Below are positions 50,670 through 63,365 of a stretch of DNA of 64,000 nt, piece by piece. Made by a program: the position numbers and the translations under genes. The stretch is from contig JBPGPT010000018.1 in assembly GCA_051047955.1 (NCBI GenBank), forward strand, positions 248,001-312,000. The letters are read 5' to 3'. The stretch is from Cystobasidiomycetes sp. EMM_F5. Lineage: Eukaryota. The first letter of the stretch is position 1; each line of letters opens with the position of its first letter. The notes beneath the pieces are model-generated. The model was given only the letters and a program-made list of their open reading frames with translations. It ran no database searches and was not told where the DNA came from.

Positions 50670-51026
50670 TGAATTGTTGCGTCCTTTGACTTGCTATCCC
50701 AAACGGGCAGTATCATTGGATGACCCTGCAGCTGCACGCGTTTTATCCAACCCAATGGCGTTTGAAATGTAGCCGTGCCTGCCGAGGATTAATACTGACG
50801 TTGTTCTCGTTGTCGAACCCGTGACCGGCGTCGAGCACTCTTTATCGGCCAGACTTGGCCTCGTTGATGATCTGCCAGCAAGATTTATGACGACACAAGC
50901 CCGGCCTGAGCGCCGAGGCTGGCTCAACAGAACGCTGCCTGGTCACAGTAAACACTGGATGTAGTGACCGGCTGGTCGGTCTCCACAAAGTAGGCACCCC
51001 CCCCCCCCTTCTTTTGCTTGTTTGAG

Positions 51027-52130
51027 TCACGACCAGATACCACCCGTACATTTCGAGCATTGACATACAAAGTCCCAGCCGTCGCTGAGCTTCTTTCTTC
51101 TCCACTGCCTATCCTCCTTGACATCGTCTCCCAAGTAGTTTATGCACAACTGCTGACCTGGCTGGATATCCTCTGATGCCCAGAATGACCACTTGCGTTT
51201 GATGTTATCTTTGGCGACATTGTGATGGCATGCATGGTTGAAGAAGCTGCATTCGACCCAGACGGCGTATCCTAGCATTTCTCCATCTGGTTCCATGAGC
51301 CCAAATGAATTACCGTGATCGCGGCTGACGAGCGCAAGGATGGTCTGAGGTGTACATGCTGACCTAAGAGCTTCGGGAATGTGTGCAAAGAGGAAATGGT
51401 ACATTCGGACATGGCTGTCGATCAGATACGGCTTCTGGCGATATGGCTGCAGAGAGGGAGCGAGAGATAGAAAGCGGTCATGCCATGCTGTTTCGTCGTG
51501 ATGTCGTCGAATAATGCCATTCAAGAGGAAGAATAGTGTATCCTCGTCGTCCTCTTCGTGCAGGGATGGCTTGCGGGGGGCATGGCCTGCAGCGGATTGC
51601 CATGCTTGGTCGATGCGTTGTGAGAGGTCTATTTCAGTGTTCCGTTCTTTGTGCGAATCGAGGGCAGCAGATGTGTCTAAAGAGGCTTTGGCGTTGGACT
51701 TTGATTTGGCTACGGCGGCAGATACGTCTGCAATAGCTTGCATGCCGAGATCGCCAACGCTGGCTGTCCAGGAAGCCCTACAATCGTCTGAACAGAACCA
51801 TGCCAGTCCAATTGGATCTTTTGAGCCATTGCTTGGGGTATACTGGCACGTTGATTTCCACTTTGCCCCGTTTTCGTACGCAAAGCACCACGCGCAGACT
51901 TCCTTCTTGAATGGCCTGTAGATGACATTGAGGAATGGATCGAGAGACTCAAAGAGCAGCGTTCCACTGGGAATTGCGATGGATGCGTACACCCCAACGC
52001 CGGACAGAGGGTCAGTCTTTACGGCAAAGAGTGGAGATTGGACGAAAGTGACGGGAGTGCGGACTGCGTTGGCGGATGTGAGGGAGGGATTAGAGATAGT
52101 AGTACTGTCAGCGGTGTTAGTGCGTGCCAT
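51027..52130 (-). CDS. SET6: SET/MYND (SMYD-class, Set6-like) lysine methyltransferase, single exon
   Basis: GVGVYASIAIPSGTLL, zinc ligands CAWCF and WFCSDDC, NSFGL, SFFNHAC, GQQLCINYL and post-SET WDFVCQCSKC. Confidence 0.8.
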   Translation of the reverse strand: MARTNTADSTTISNPSLTSANAVRTPVTFVQSPLFAVKTDPLSGVGVYASIAIPSGTLLFESLDPFLNVIYRPFKKEVCAWCFAYENGAKWKSTCQYTPSNGSKDPIGLAWFCSDDCRASWTASVGDLGMQAIADVSAAVAKSKSNAKASLDTSAALDSHKERNTEIDLSQRIDQAWQSAAGHAPRKPSLHEEDDEDTLFFLLNGIIRRHHDETAWHDRFLSLAPSLQPYRQKPYLIDSHVRMYHFLFAHIPEALRSACTPQTILALVSRDHGNSFGLMEPDGEMLGYAVWVECSFFNHACHHNVAKDNIKRKWSFWASEDIQPGQQLCINYLGDDVKEDRQWRRKKLSDGWDFVCQCSKCTGGIWS

Positions 52131-52354
52131 GTGGGTAGGTCAGCATTAGTTTCATTACAACTTGCAATTGATTAACGTCCATTTCTAATCCGTCGCCCTT
52201 TCATTAACACCGTCTTCTAATCCGATTACAATTCCCAATCCTAATATTCTAATCCAATTACAATTCCGAATCCTGATCCCAATTACAAATTCCTCCCCCT
52301 CTGACGTCAAAAAAGTTCAAACTCCCTCTCTCTCCCGCCAACCCAACAACCACC

Positions 52355-54753
52355 ATGTCGGGCAGCAACGAGGGCTATCAGAGCCTGTCTGCCGTGTCGA
52401 GGGAGCAGAGGGTCAAGAATGCTGCAAACGCCAGCAATAATAACAATAATAATGCTGCCCGAGCAGGAATCGGAGCTGCAACATCGACAAACGTCCCAGC
52501 CCAGGCGTCACCGCTGCGCAAGATGGTCAGAATGGCAAGCGACCTCTTACTCCCCTCCTCGTCGTCGTACAGCGCTGCCTCGTCCAGGCCAGGTGCTCAG
52601 AATCGTACATCGTCGGGCAACGTGCCAAAACTAGACTATGGCACATCGTCCCATCGCAGAAACGAGAGCGCGATAGCCGAGGAGGACGAGGACGCGACGA
52701 GCTACTACGACGAGGAGGAGCAGTGGGGAAACTGGAGGCTCATCATGCTCACAATTGGACTGGCGGGAGCGCAGTTGGCGTGGACGATTGAGCTGGGGTG
52801 AGTGTGTGTGCAAAAGAGCATGCATTGATGCGCTGATGCCTCGTCGATGCAGATACGGAACCCCATACCTCCTGTCCCTCGGCCTGTCAAAAGAGCTGAC
52901 TTCCCTCGTCTGGCTCGCGGGTCCGATATCTGGCTTTATAGTCCAGCCCATCATTGGCGCACTGTCCGACAACTCGTCTTCCCGCTATAGACGCAGAAGA
53001 TGGGTAGTCTACACTACGGCTCTCATCACCTTTTCTGCCATTACACTCGCTTTCGCTTCCGAACTCGGTACTTGGCTGGTCGACCTATTCAACAGAGGTC
53101 AGGGTGACTGGGATCCCAAGCGGAATCAGGATGTAAGCATTGCAGCTGACTCGTGGTACTGCGAGCTTCATCCTGACGCATCGTAATTAGATTAAATACG
53201 CAAGCATCGGTCTAGCCGTGTTTGCATTCTATATTCTCGATTTCAGCTTGAACGGCGCACAAGCTGCTCTCCGCGCTCTCGTTCTCGATTTGGTCCCGTC
53301 GGACCAGCAAACAATGGCCAACGCTTACCTTGCGCGCATGACAAATATCGGCAACATCATCGGGTACAGCTTCGGCTACATCAACTTGACGAGCTCCATC
53401 CTCCTACGCTGGATCGGTGGTGGCCAGTTTCGCAAACTATGCATCCTCTCAGTCACCGTTCTCGATATTTGCGTGTTCCTCACATGCTTCTTGAACCCGG
53501 AAGAACGCCTACCCAAAGTCAAGCGAGACAAGTCTCTTAGTAAAGTCTTTTCCAACATTATCAGCGCAGCAAAGGATCTCCCAATTCCAATCAGGCGGAT
53601 TTGCTACGTTCAAGTATTTGCTTGGTCTGGTTTCTTCCCCATGATGTTTTATTCGGTGCGTTGAAGTGAACTCAGTCGTGTCGCCTCAGGTTCTGACTGC
53701 TTCACTCTGCAGACTACTTGGATTGGCATGCGCTACAAGCTGCAATACCCCGACAATCCCCCAACAGACGATACCGCTACACGTGCCGGTTCCTTGGCTC
53801 TCCTGTTTCAATCCATCATTGCCGTCTTGACATCCCTGTTCCTGCCCATCTTTCAAGCTGCTGGGTCTAGTGACTATGTTCTGTCCCGCCCGCCAACGAA
53901 AGCGTGGAACCTGCTTCGCTGGTTCTTGTCGCTCTGGACACCGCGAAACTTGTGGACCTTTTCGCACGTCTGGTTTGTCGGCATTATTGGCACTACATTT
54001 TTAGCAAGCACGCACGAGCAAGCAACTTGGGTCGTTGCTGCATTGGGTGTTTCGTGGGCCATCACGTGCTGGATTCCATTTGCCATTCTCATGGAGTTTA
54101 TCCGCGAGATGGAAGCTGGAGCAGAGTTGAATGGCGACGTAGTGATTTCCGCTGCCGAAGTTGCGGAATCTATGATTGATGAGCGAGTACGGGGGGATGG
54201 CGACAACGAGTCGTACCTGTCTGTTCCCGGAAAAGCCAAGCCTCGCTCGCGCAGACAGTCTAGAGCGTCTAGTATTCGCAGTCGACGATCGTCGATCCGA
54301 AGTAATAGATCTGGTAGATCGGCGCGCATGCGTGTCGCAAAGGCTGTGGGAGAATGCCAGCCTCTTCTCGAGAATGGCAATGAGCCGCCCCAAAAGACTG
54401 AAGGCGGTACGATTCTTGGAATTCACAATCTGGCCATCGTGTCACCGCAGTTTATTGTGAGTGGCCACTAACGACAAGTTGTGACTACGTGTTCTAATCA
54501 TTATACGTACCCTCAGACTGCCATCGTCGCGTCTATCATCTTCAAGATTTCTGAAATTACTCAAGACTCGCCGTATCGCCGCAAGCATGGCATCGAGTCT
54601 GGTGCAGATGTCGTCTGGGTACTTCGCTTCGGCGGTGCTATGACTATCTTTGCAGCCATCGCTTCGAGATGGGTACCCGCTGCTCCGAGCGAAGTTACAT
54701 ATGTCGAGATGCTCAAGGAGTCTAGCAATGTTCGTGACGATGACGACGTCTAG
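52355..54753 (+). CDS. SUT1: GPH/SLC45-family sucrose/alpha-glucoside:H+ symporter (S. pombe Sut1-like), multi-exon
   Basis: GAQLAWTIELG|YGTPYLLSLGL..LVWLAGPISGFIVQPIIGALSD..YRRR, FYILDFSLN..RALVLD, VQVFAWSGFFPMMFYS, WIPFAIL and GTILGIHNLAIVSPQF. Confidence 0.88.
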
Positions 54754-55067
54754 ACACGAGACCAGCAGTACAGTCGTGTGCGGATGGCTTTCTCTCTCGC
54801 TCGTATTCTCTGGCTCTCTTCCCCTTCATCACATCGTCTCGCAAATTGAAACTAATGAATCTATTGACACGCCCTTTACGATGTAAGGATAGTATGAATA
54901 GCTCGTTGTCTGTCGATGAGGTAATAGACTCGTTGTCGCATTTATCGGCATGTCGCGGTATTTCGGTCCATTCTTTTGCCAATTTACGCGTCTTGTTTGT
55001 GCAAAATTCTGCCGATTTCAAACTTGAATCTCGACCAACTAAATGACCAACCTATGCTGAGACTACC

Positions 55068-57567
55068 ATGACTTCGCCGTCGAGGAGTATTGGCATTCCC
55101 AACATCCCGCCCAGAGGTGGACGGGAGAGCGCAGCTGGGAGCGCTGCAGCCTCGCCGTCTCAGTCTCAATCGCAGTCTCGGGGGCTGCTCACACCGCATC
55201 CATCGCAGTCGCAGCTGCATCTATCGACGTCGTATGGCAGGACAACGCCCGGCGACGAGTCTTTGAACGACAATCTGACTGACGAGCAGCGAGCAAGAAT
55301 TGTCGCAAGACATTTGGTGGACCGTCAAGGCCAGTCGAGGGTCAGAAGGGCGTCGAGAGGGCAGCAGGCTCAAGGACTGGCTGGAGAGACCAACGACGTC
55401 AAGAAAAGACTGCGAAAAGTGTTTGGAAACAGCAAAACTGCCGAAGAAGGCGTATTGGACGACGACGAGCATGGACTGGGCGAGGCAGACGCGGACAACG
55501 ACGAGGACGATGGCACACATAGCCCAAGCAAACTGCCGCAGGATCCCGACGAATTCCCCGTTCGTGCAGCTCCGTATTCGGCAGGCTTCACAATTTCGCA
55601 CACTGACTGCCCGCTCTACAGATGCCATTCGGTCTGCAAGGAGGAGACACGACACACGGAGTGTACGCTTGGCAGCGGAAAGCTATAGCCGCAAACTCGC
55701 CTGCTCTACGAAAAAGATCTAAATCAGTCGGCGAACTGAGCAGTCTCAGCGGTATCAATAACGCTCGCGATGCCGATGGAAGTATGCTGGAAGAGGGACC
55801 TAGTGCCGGAGGTGATGACGACGTCGACCCGAATGTCACAGACGTCAAGAAGATGCTGGAGCCTGGCGGATTCAGGAGGAATTACATTGCTCGACAAGCC
55901 GCCCAGCAGGATGATGCCGGCTCATCCGTTGGCAGTCCAAGAGGTGCCAACGGCTATAGCAATGGCAAGATGCAAAGACCACGTCCGACTCGCGCAACAA
56001 GTAGTTTTGTCGAATTCCTATCACTCTACGGCCATTACGCTGGTGAGGAGCTAGAGGAGATTGAAGAGGGTGACGAGGAGGAGGAGGAGGAAGCTTTGGA
56101 AGCGGCTGAAAGAGCTATACCTCGCGGTGCCGCACGTGTACCTCGAGATGTGGACGAGCGGACTCCGTTGGTCAAGAGAAACGATACACGAGCGCGCATA
56201 GCACGTAAGCGAGTCAGCCAAGAGGGCAAGCAGGGCGAAGCCACAGTCACTCAAGCAGTGCTCATGCTGCTAAAATCGTTTGTTGGTACTGGCATCCTTT
56301 TCCTCGGACGAGCCTTCTTCAATGGAGGCATGCTCTTCTCCATCATCGTTCTTCTCTCTATCGCCATGATCTCCCTATACTCCTTCCTCTTGCTCGTTCA
56401 GACCCGCCTTGTTGTCCCAACAAGCTTTGGTGACATTGGTGGAGTTCTGTATGGTCCATACATGCGCTATGCTATTCTTACAAGTATCACATTGTCCCAA
56501 GTCGGCTTTGTGTCTGCTTATACTATCTTTGTGGTGAGCACAATCTTTTGTGCGCACAGACGGAGAGATAACCTTGATGAGATTTTTTTGCCCAGGCGCA
56601 AAACATGCAGGCATTCATTATGGCAGTAACAGACTGCAGGACATACATCCCTATTGCCATTCTGATCTTTGCACAAATTCTATTCTATCTCCCTCTAGCC
56701 ATGTTTCGCAACATTCACAAACTGTCAGGTACTGCTCTCATTGCGGATGGTTTCATCCTTATCGGCATCGTCTATATTGCCTACCTTGAAATTGGTCACC
56801 TCAACGAGTATGGACTCGGCGACGTTGTGCTTCTTAACAAAGCCAAATTCCCGCTGCTTATCGGCACGGCAGTATTCTCCTTTGAAGGTGTTGGATTAGT
56901 CATACCCATTACGGAAGCAATGAAGGAGCCCGAAAAGTTCCCGAAAGTCTTGTCTGGCGTCATGGTTGGCGTCGCGTCGCTCTTTGCGGCCGCAGGAGCG
57001 CTCGGATATGCAACATTCGGATCGGATATCCAGACTGTTGTCCTTACGAATCTGCCGCAGGACGATCGGTTGGTCAACGCTGTCCAATTCCTCTACTCTA
57101 TAGCCATTATGCTCTCTACGCCTCTCCAGCTATTTCCCGCAGTTCGCATTATGGAACAAGGCATCTTTTCGCGATCGGGAAAATACTCTAACCGCATCAA
57201 GTGGCAGAAGAATGCATTCAGGTCGCTCACTGTCCTTGGATGCACATTGATCTCTTGGGCTGGAGCGAGAGATCTCGACAAATTTGTGGCGCTTATCGGA
57301 AGTACCGCATGTGTGCCACTCTGCTTCTGCTACCCTGCCCTTCTGCACTACAAAGCCTGTGCCAAGAATCGAAGGGAGAAGCTGCTGGATATCATCCTTG
57401 TCACCTTCGGGGTGTTGATGGCTATTTATACCAGCATACAAACGGTAAGCAATCTTTCGAGACTCGGGTCACAACTGCTGACTTGGCCGTTCTCTCGCCA
57501 GATTGACATGTTTGCACACTCGAAGAGTGATCCTCCAAAGTTGGGCAAGTGCCCAGTGCCAGAATGA
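55068..57567 (+). CDS. AVT3: Vacuolar amino acid transporter (AAAP/Aa_trans family, Avt3/Avt4 type), multi-exon
   Basis: LQGGDTT, PGGFRRNYI, FVEFLSLYGHYAGEEL, dileucine-like ERTPLV, MLLKSFVGTGILFL..FFNGG, IGTAVFSFEGVGLVIPI, STPLQLFPAVRI and SGKYSNRIKWQKN. Confidence 0.9.
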
Positions 57568-57788
57568 TACCTCAATACACACAGAGACAATTATCACGAT
57601 ACATATGGCTGCATTCGTAATTCTGCGCCCTTGCGCTGCGGAGCGGCGTCTGGTTGCCTAGTATATACAAAAGCCCAATGTGGATATGACTTGGTGTCGA
57701 TAGTAAGAATTTGTTTGCAGCATAAGGCATACATCCGGTATCAGCATCAAGTCTGCTTTTCTGCACTCTGACAACACTACCACTGCAC

Positions 57789-60032
57789 TCAGCACAATAA
57801 TGCGAATTTACTAATCATCAGTCCTCGTTTAGTCTGCTTTTCGTCTGCGTTGGTGTCGCCGGACTGCACTTGGCTTGCAGTAACTGACAGGTCGACGATC
57901 CTTACGAACGCGCTACCGTCTTCCATCTCTGCGATATGCCATGGCTCCCAACACCATACCTCTCTTCCCTCTTTCATCTGAGAATGGAGATCAACGATAC
58001 TGGCGGGAACGAATAGAGTCTTGAACCCTTGCTGTTCATCCTCCTTCCTCTTCATCGCCGCCATCGTCTCGAATGGAATCTTGGCTTGCACTCCATACTT
58101 TATACCGTCCGCTGCAGCTTGTTCTGCCTGCTGTGCGCGAAGCAGAGATGCCGAATGATTGCCTCCGACAATCACTTCGTGATCACCCTCTCGTGAAGTC
58201 ATGTTCCGCCCTTCGATAGCCGCAATACCTTCTTGCCTGTAGACTGAGCTAGATGGTTGAGCTGATCGTGACGACGACGTCGCATGTGGTAGTGAAGGCA
58301 CGACTGTTCCTTCCTGCTTGACCGCCGCTTCCCCTCCCCGAAATGCAGAAGCTGTAGAGAGCGAAGATCGGGGATGCGTGGTTAATGAAAACAGAACAAT
58401 CCCCTCGGTATAGGATTCCTCGTGTCCGCTTGAGACTGGATTGACGAAACCCTTTCCCATTTCTTCGGCATCCTCTTCTTCGTCTGCGTCATGCAGGATT
58501 CGACAGGTTGTACACATGAGCTTTTCTCCAACGCCTCCGGTAATGAACCCTCCGCCTGATGGCCTGTCTGTTCTGATACCACCCTGTCCTGCGGGCCCAA
58601 AATCATTGTTGATGTCCAGACGCGCCAAGCTGGGAGGTAAGGAAGAATGTATTTCGACGATTTGAAGCCTAAGTCCGGGATTGAGATCGGTCTTGAGCTG
58701 AGCGAGCGTTCTTTTAGCAGTGGAGAGAGAGCGAGAGTGACCATGTCGTGATGTAAGAGATGGTTTGCTAGGCGAAGAAGAGGAGTCGCTCCGCTCTTCC
58801 AGCATTACATCCTTGACTTCCTCCTTCTTTACTCTGTTGAGCCTCGAGGCTGAGGGTCCACTAAGCAAGCGTTGTGTCTCGTGCAACCACAGGCTCTGGC
58901 TAGTCTGATTCCGCTTGATGACGTTTGCAGCTCGTTCAGCTAGACCCGCCTTAACCCACCCTCTTCGCTTCTTGCGAGGTGACAGAAGTTCAGCAATATC
59001 CTGCTCTACGGTGTTTACGCTCGCGAATGGTGATTCGGAGGAATTGGGATTGGATCTGAAGAGTTCGGGTATGAATGGCTTCAAGTCGCCCGTCTCCCGC
59101 TTGTTGGGAGAGGTAGAGGGACCGCCTAGAATGGAAGAGAGACGATGAAGCGGCTTTGATGATGACGTCTTCTGGCGTGCTGCAGTTTGTGGGTCACTTT
59201 GATCAGCATGTGGGCGCCTGGAATCCGTGCCGGGCGTTTTGGTAGCACTTTGCAGCAGACCGAAACCGCTCGCGATGGAGGGGATTGCTGCTGTCGGTTT
59301 TCTGAGGGTGGACATTTGGCGGGTGGATTGAGCCTTTCGCGGCGTTATTGTGCGAGCATCGTCATCTGAGCTGGATTCAGACTCTGCAACAAGGTCCTCC
59401 TCTCCGGCTTGATCGTCATCCACAGACATGACATGGTCACCGTGGCTATCATCCTGATCCGAGACTTCAATATCTGTTGCTTGAGCTCTACCTGCGCGAC
59501 TCGATGTAGTAGTAGACTCGGTGTACGCGGTCGTTCGTAATCTCTTTGCAGGATGAGAGGAGTCGTTGCCTCGCCGTACAAGCGGGCTCGATAGGGTAAA
59601 CGAGTTCTGGAATGACGTAGAATGGGTCTTGGATGCAGATGGAGGAGGTCTGTGCGCGACGGGGGATGAGTGTGTTGTGGTACCTGCAAGGCCATGCCGT
59701 CAGTCTCTGAAGCGTCGGATTCATATTTCTTTCGGCACTTCTCCACCTTTGTTGATGTTGGCGCTTGAGACTTTGTTCGACCGACCACCGCCAACCCTGC
59801 TGGCACCAGGCTGCTTTGCCAGTCCAAAGCTTTCGTGGAATGCATTGATGGCATCGTCTACACGACGTGGACGGGCAGCATTTACCTGCTGTGCGCGTAG
59901 AATGGCAGCACTTTCGTAACTTCTTCCCGGATTGCGGTATGAAGATGCTTCTTTTTGGAGGGGATCAGTCTGGGCGTCAGTGTCAGCTCCATCGTCTCCA
60001 ACTACGACAATATCCTCGTCTCGATGGTCCAT
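57789..60032 (-). CDS. Hypothetical protein (2 exons), Ser-rich N-terminus, possible SPIDR/DUF4502-like C-terminal region
   Basis: ORF 57789-59429 stays open upstream to a CTGAC..TTGCAG acceptor at ~59684. This joins in frame to the exon beginning MDHRDED (ATG 60032). Confidence 0.75.
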
Positions 60033-60316
60033 GCTCTCAAAACAATGTCGTGCTAAAAGACATCCTTCGTCGCCGCTTCGTGCCGGGCGCCGTTGAACGG
60101 GGCAGCACAGGGACATCGAGGCTGACACTCTTTTGGCCGGACAGCGACTGAATACCAATACTACGCTCGTTTTCACAGCATATCCTGACTCGCAGCGTCT
60201 CTGGCGTCCTGCTCCGATTTGAACAGCCTCGATACGGTCACTATTGCGGATTTTGGATCAATATCTGGTCATTTGTATATCCTGGTTATATTCTCAATAA
60301 CGCCCGCATCGTCGAC

Positions 60317-62554
60317 ATGCTCACTCTCACTGCAACCGCAGCTATCGCTTTCCTGGCGACCATTCAGCCCACCACTGCTCAAATCGCAGCCGGGACATCT
60401 GCGGGCGAAGGTTCAGTCAGCGGGCCGACATCAACGCCAGAGTGGGCTCAACTTGACTGACGTTGATGATGAGTGGTGGGGCTGATGGACGGCTCCCTCG
60501 TTGGCCCGTTTCCCGCGTTCCCAGCGCCGCCGGATACAACTGCGATACTTCGAAATGTCAACTGCCGAGCTGCCATGTAGGCGAATCCACGCAGGAACTG
60601 AGCATACCAGCGACATGTTGACGCCGTGCATGTCTACGCAGTGCGCTTCAACCAGCATACCCGGGGGACTCAGCCGAGATCAGACTCCTCAGTTCATCAG
60701 TGTGTCTTTGTACATCATAGAAACGACAATCACGCGCTAACGCTCACTGCGACAGCACTGACGAGCGACGACGCGATACAAAGGTACACTATCGAAGCAG
60801 TGACGCACTTCTTGGGCAACAGGACAAACCCGAACGGTGCATACAGTCTCGATTCAGACGAAAGTGCTCCTGCTGATAAAGTGGTGGCACTACAGGCTGT
60901 CCTGTCAAATCGACCTACTTTACATCTCTTTCATACACAAACTACTCCCTGGTAACAGACTGGTTTGTAGCGGGAAACGAAATTGCAGATGTAGGTAAAT
61001 CGAGCACGCATTCCAGCATACATTGCCGCTCATGGTATTCCCGCTGTAGCACACAATGACGCATGTTGGCGACGCACCCCAGAGTGAGATTGACGGGAAT
61101 CTCGCTGCTCTGAATGCGTTTGCTGGCATTCCGTTCTCCAGCATCACTGGTTTTCGGGCGCCGTTCCTCAACTACTCGGTCAACACGCTAAAACACCTCC
61201 AGGCTGCCAAGTTCGAGTACGACTCGTCAGTATCGTCCGCTACACCCGTCACGTCTAACCAGACAGACGCATACTGGCCTTATACGCTTGATTATGGCCT
61301 GGCCAACGACTGTTTGAATGGAGTTGCGGGTATCTGTAAAGGCCAGCCTGTCATTCCAGGATTATGGGAGATTCCAATGTACAGCACTTTTGATACGAAG
61401 GGTAGTCCTCATTTGTGAGCCAGATTGATTTTCGTTACATAGGGTGCTGAAGCTAACATGTTGAATAAGGATGGACGCGTACCTTGATGATGCCAATGCG
61501 GCAAACGTTGGAGCGTGGTACAAGTCGACATTCCTAGACCACTATAACAACAATCGCCAGCCATTTGGTCTCTACAACCATCCTATCGTAAGTCGTACAT
61601 ACCCCTTCCATTGTATTCTAGCGCCTGAGTCTGGCTTTTTGCACACATAGCACCTGGCCGTAGGATATCCAGGCCTGACGGACCCGCTCGACCAACGACG
61701 AATGATCAACCAATTTTTGGACTTTGCGCAAACTCAACAGAATGTGTGGATTATCACAAATCAGCAGCTCTTGGCGTGGATGAGGAATCCTAAGCCTGTT
61801 AGCGTGGGTCGCTGTAATCTCTTTGCGCAACGTATAATTACATTGAGGTTGATCGCGGCTCGTCATCCGTCTACAGCAATTGAACACTATTCCAGAGTTC
61901 CAGTGCAGTCAACCCCAAGTCTCGGCGGCCATTTGCAACGGCATGGTGAGCGACCACGTCACCATCATCTTTGGGAATGTCTGATTCCATCCATGTTATT
62001 GTCAGTACCCGAACGAATTGGGGCTATTGCAGAACTGTCCGTTTTCGGATTTCCCGTGGACGACATGCTACGGCTGTCCAGTCGAGCCGCCGTCGCCTAC
62101 CAACCCTGTTCCAGCACAGGCTTCCACAGCAGGAGGACCTCCACTCCGACATCGGATTCCAAGTAATTGCTCGACGCCGTTCTGGGAGTGAGTGCTATCG
62201 AGTATGACACCCTCATGTACAAATATGCTAATTTACGAATGTGTGTGCGCGCAGCCCAATTGGAAACAAATGCCTGTGTTCTACTTCGAATTGCCAATTC
62301 TCAGATCAGACGAAACCCATTGGACCGAATGGACAGAATGTGAGTCCGCGAGTGTATGCATTTCAGTTGATTGTCCGCTGATACCGTGGCGTCATCAGCT
62401 TACAGGCGGTGGAACCGGAGCCAAGGACGCAAACAACCCTACCACTTCGTACGTCCCCTTCAAGACTGGGAGTGCGGTTCGTTTGAGCGGTAGTCGGATC
62501 CTTGTATCCGTCGTGGCGATAGCTGGCCTAGCCATGATGTATCCTGGCGTATAG
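60317..62554 (+). CDS. Secreted, probably GPI-anchored CE4 polysaccharide/chitin deacetylase, many exons
   Basis: Signal peptide, then CDTSKCQLPSC..CAS..PGGL..PQFI..TSDDA, GNEIAD|HTMTH metal motif, GFRAPFLNY, YDSS, YWPYTLDYG, GLWEIPM and QNVWIITNQQLLAWMRNP, with a hydrophobic C-terminus. Confidence 0.88.
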
Positions 62555-63365
62555 GTCTCGATGCCGATGGTGGTCAAAGCACATTAGCGCTCCACTTTCT
62601 GTCGCTTATTTCGGTACGCTGTTATCCTATTTCTCGTTGTGTTTGACATCTATGTGCAACGCCCAGTAGCGCACAAGATGAATCATCCTATCATGGACAA
62701 TGTGTCGAGTATGTCTTTCAGGTTGTTTTGACAACAATCCGTTACATTCCATGTTCGAGTCCATTTATATTGGCGCGGCATATGTTCAAGACTGACAGTC
62801 TGATGGAAATGAAGGCTGATTGAATGCCTTTTTCGAGCTGATTAGGGACTATCCCCTGAGTTGCGGGGCAAACGTCTGATTCATCTGTACTCTAACGTCT
62901 CAATGGTGCTGAATACAGAAGACACAAGATTGGAGTACTGTTATAGACAGTAGACTGCGCAAGTAACCTCTTTTCGTCAATGATCTGGTCCGTTCTGGCC
63001 TGCGAACGTTTGGCTCAGGACAGGGTTCCAGCGGTGATGTCATCGGAGGTCACCTTATTCAAGCGTCTCTGGAACTTCTCCGAGCGTGTAGAATATCGCT
63101 GAGCTTGCGTTTGTAATTGCAGTGCGCCTTATTTGCGTCTGCTGGCTCACTCGTCTCCGCAACCCGTCAATACCATATATCAAGGCACAACGAAGCGGGT
63201 CTCTCAGGCCAATCTAGCACGTTAACAAGCGTAATCATCGTTGTATTCTACTCATAATGTGTCATATACACCTCTACAATAATTCCCCAAGTGATTTATT
63301 CGCCGTGCCGTCACTATACATGGACATGGCTTGATTTACTTCCAACCCTCAAAGCCAAGTCGAGC

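Noticed and set aside
62560..63300. Possible structured ncRNA upstream of TPS1
   Set aside because: Only scattered CTGA/TGATG words and one short hairpin; consistent with ordinary UTR or promoter sequence.
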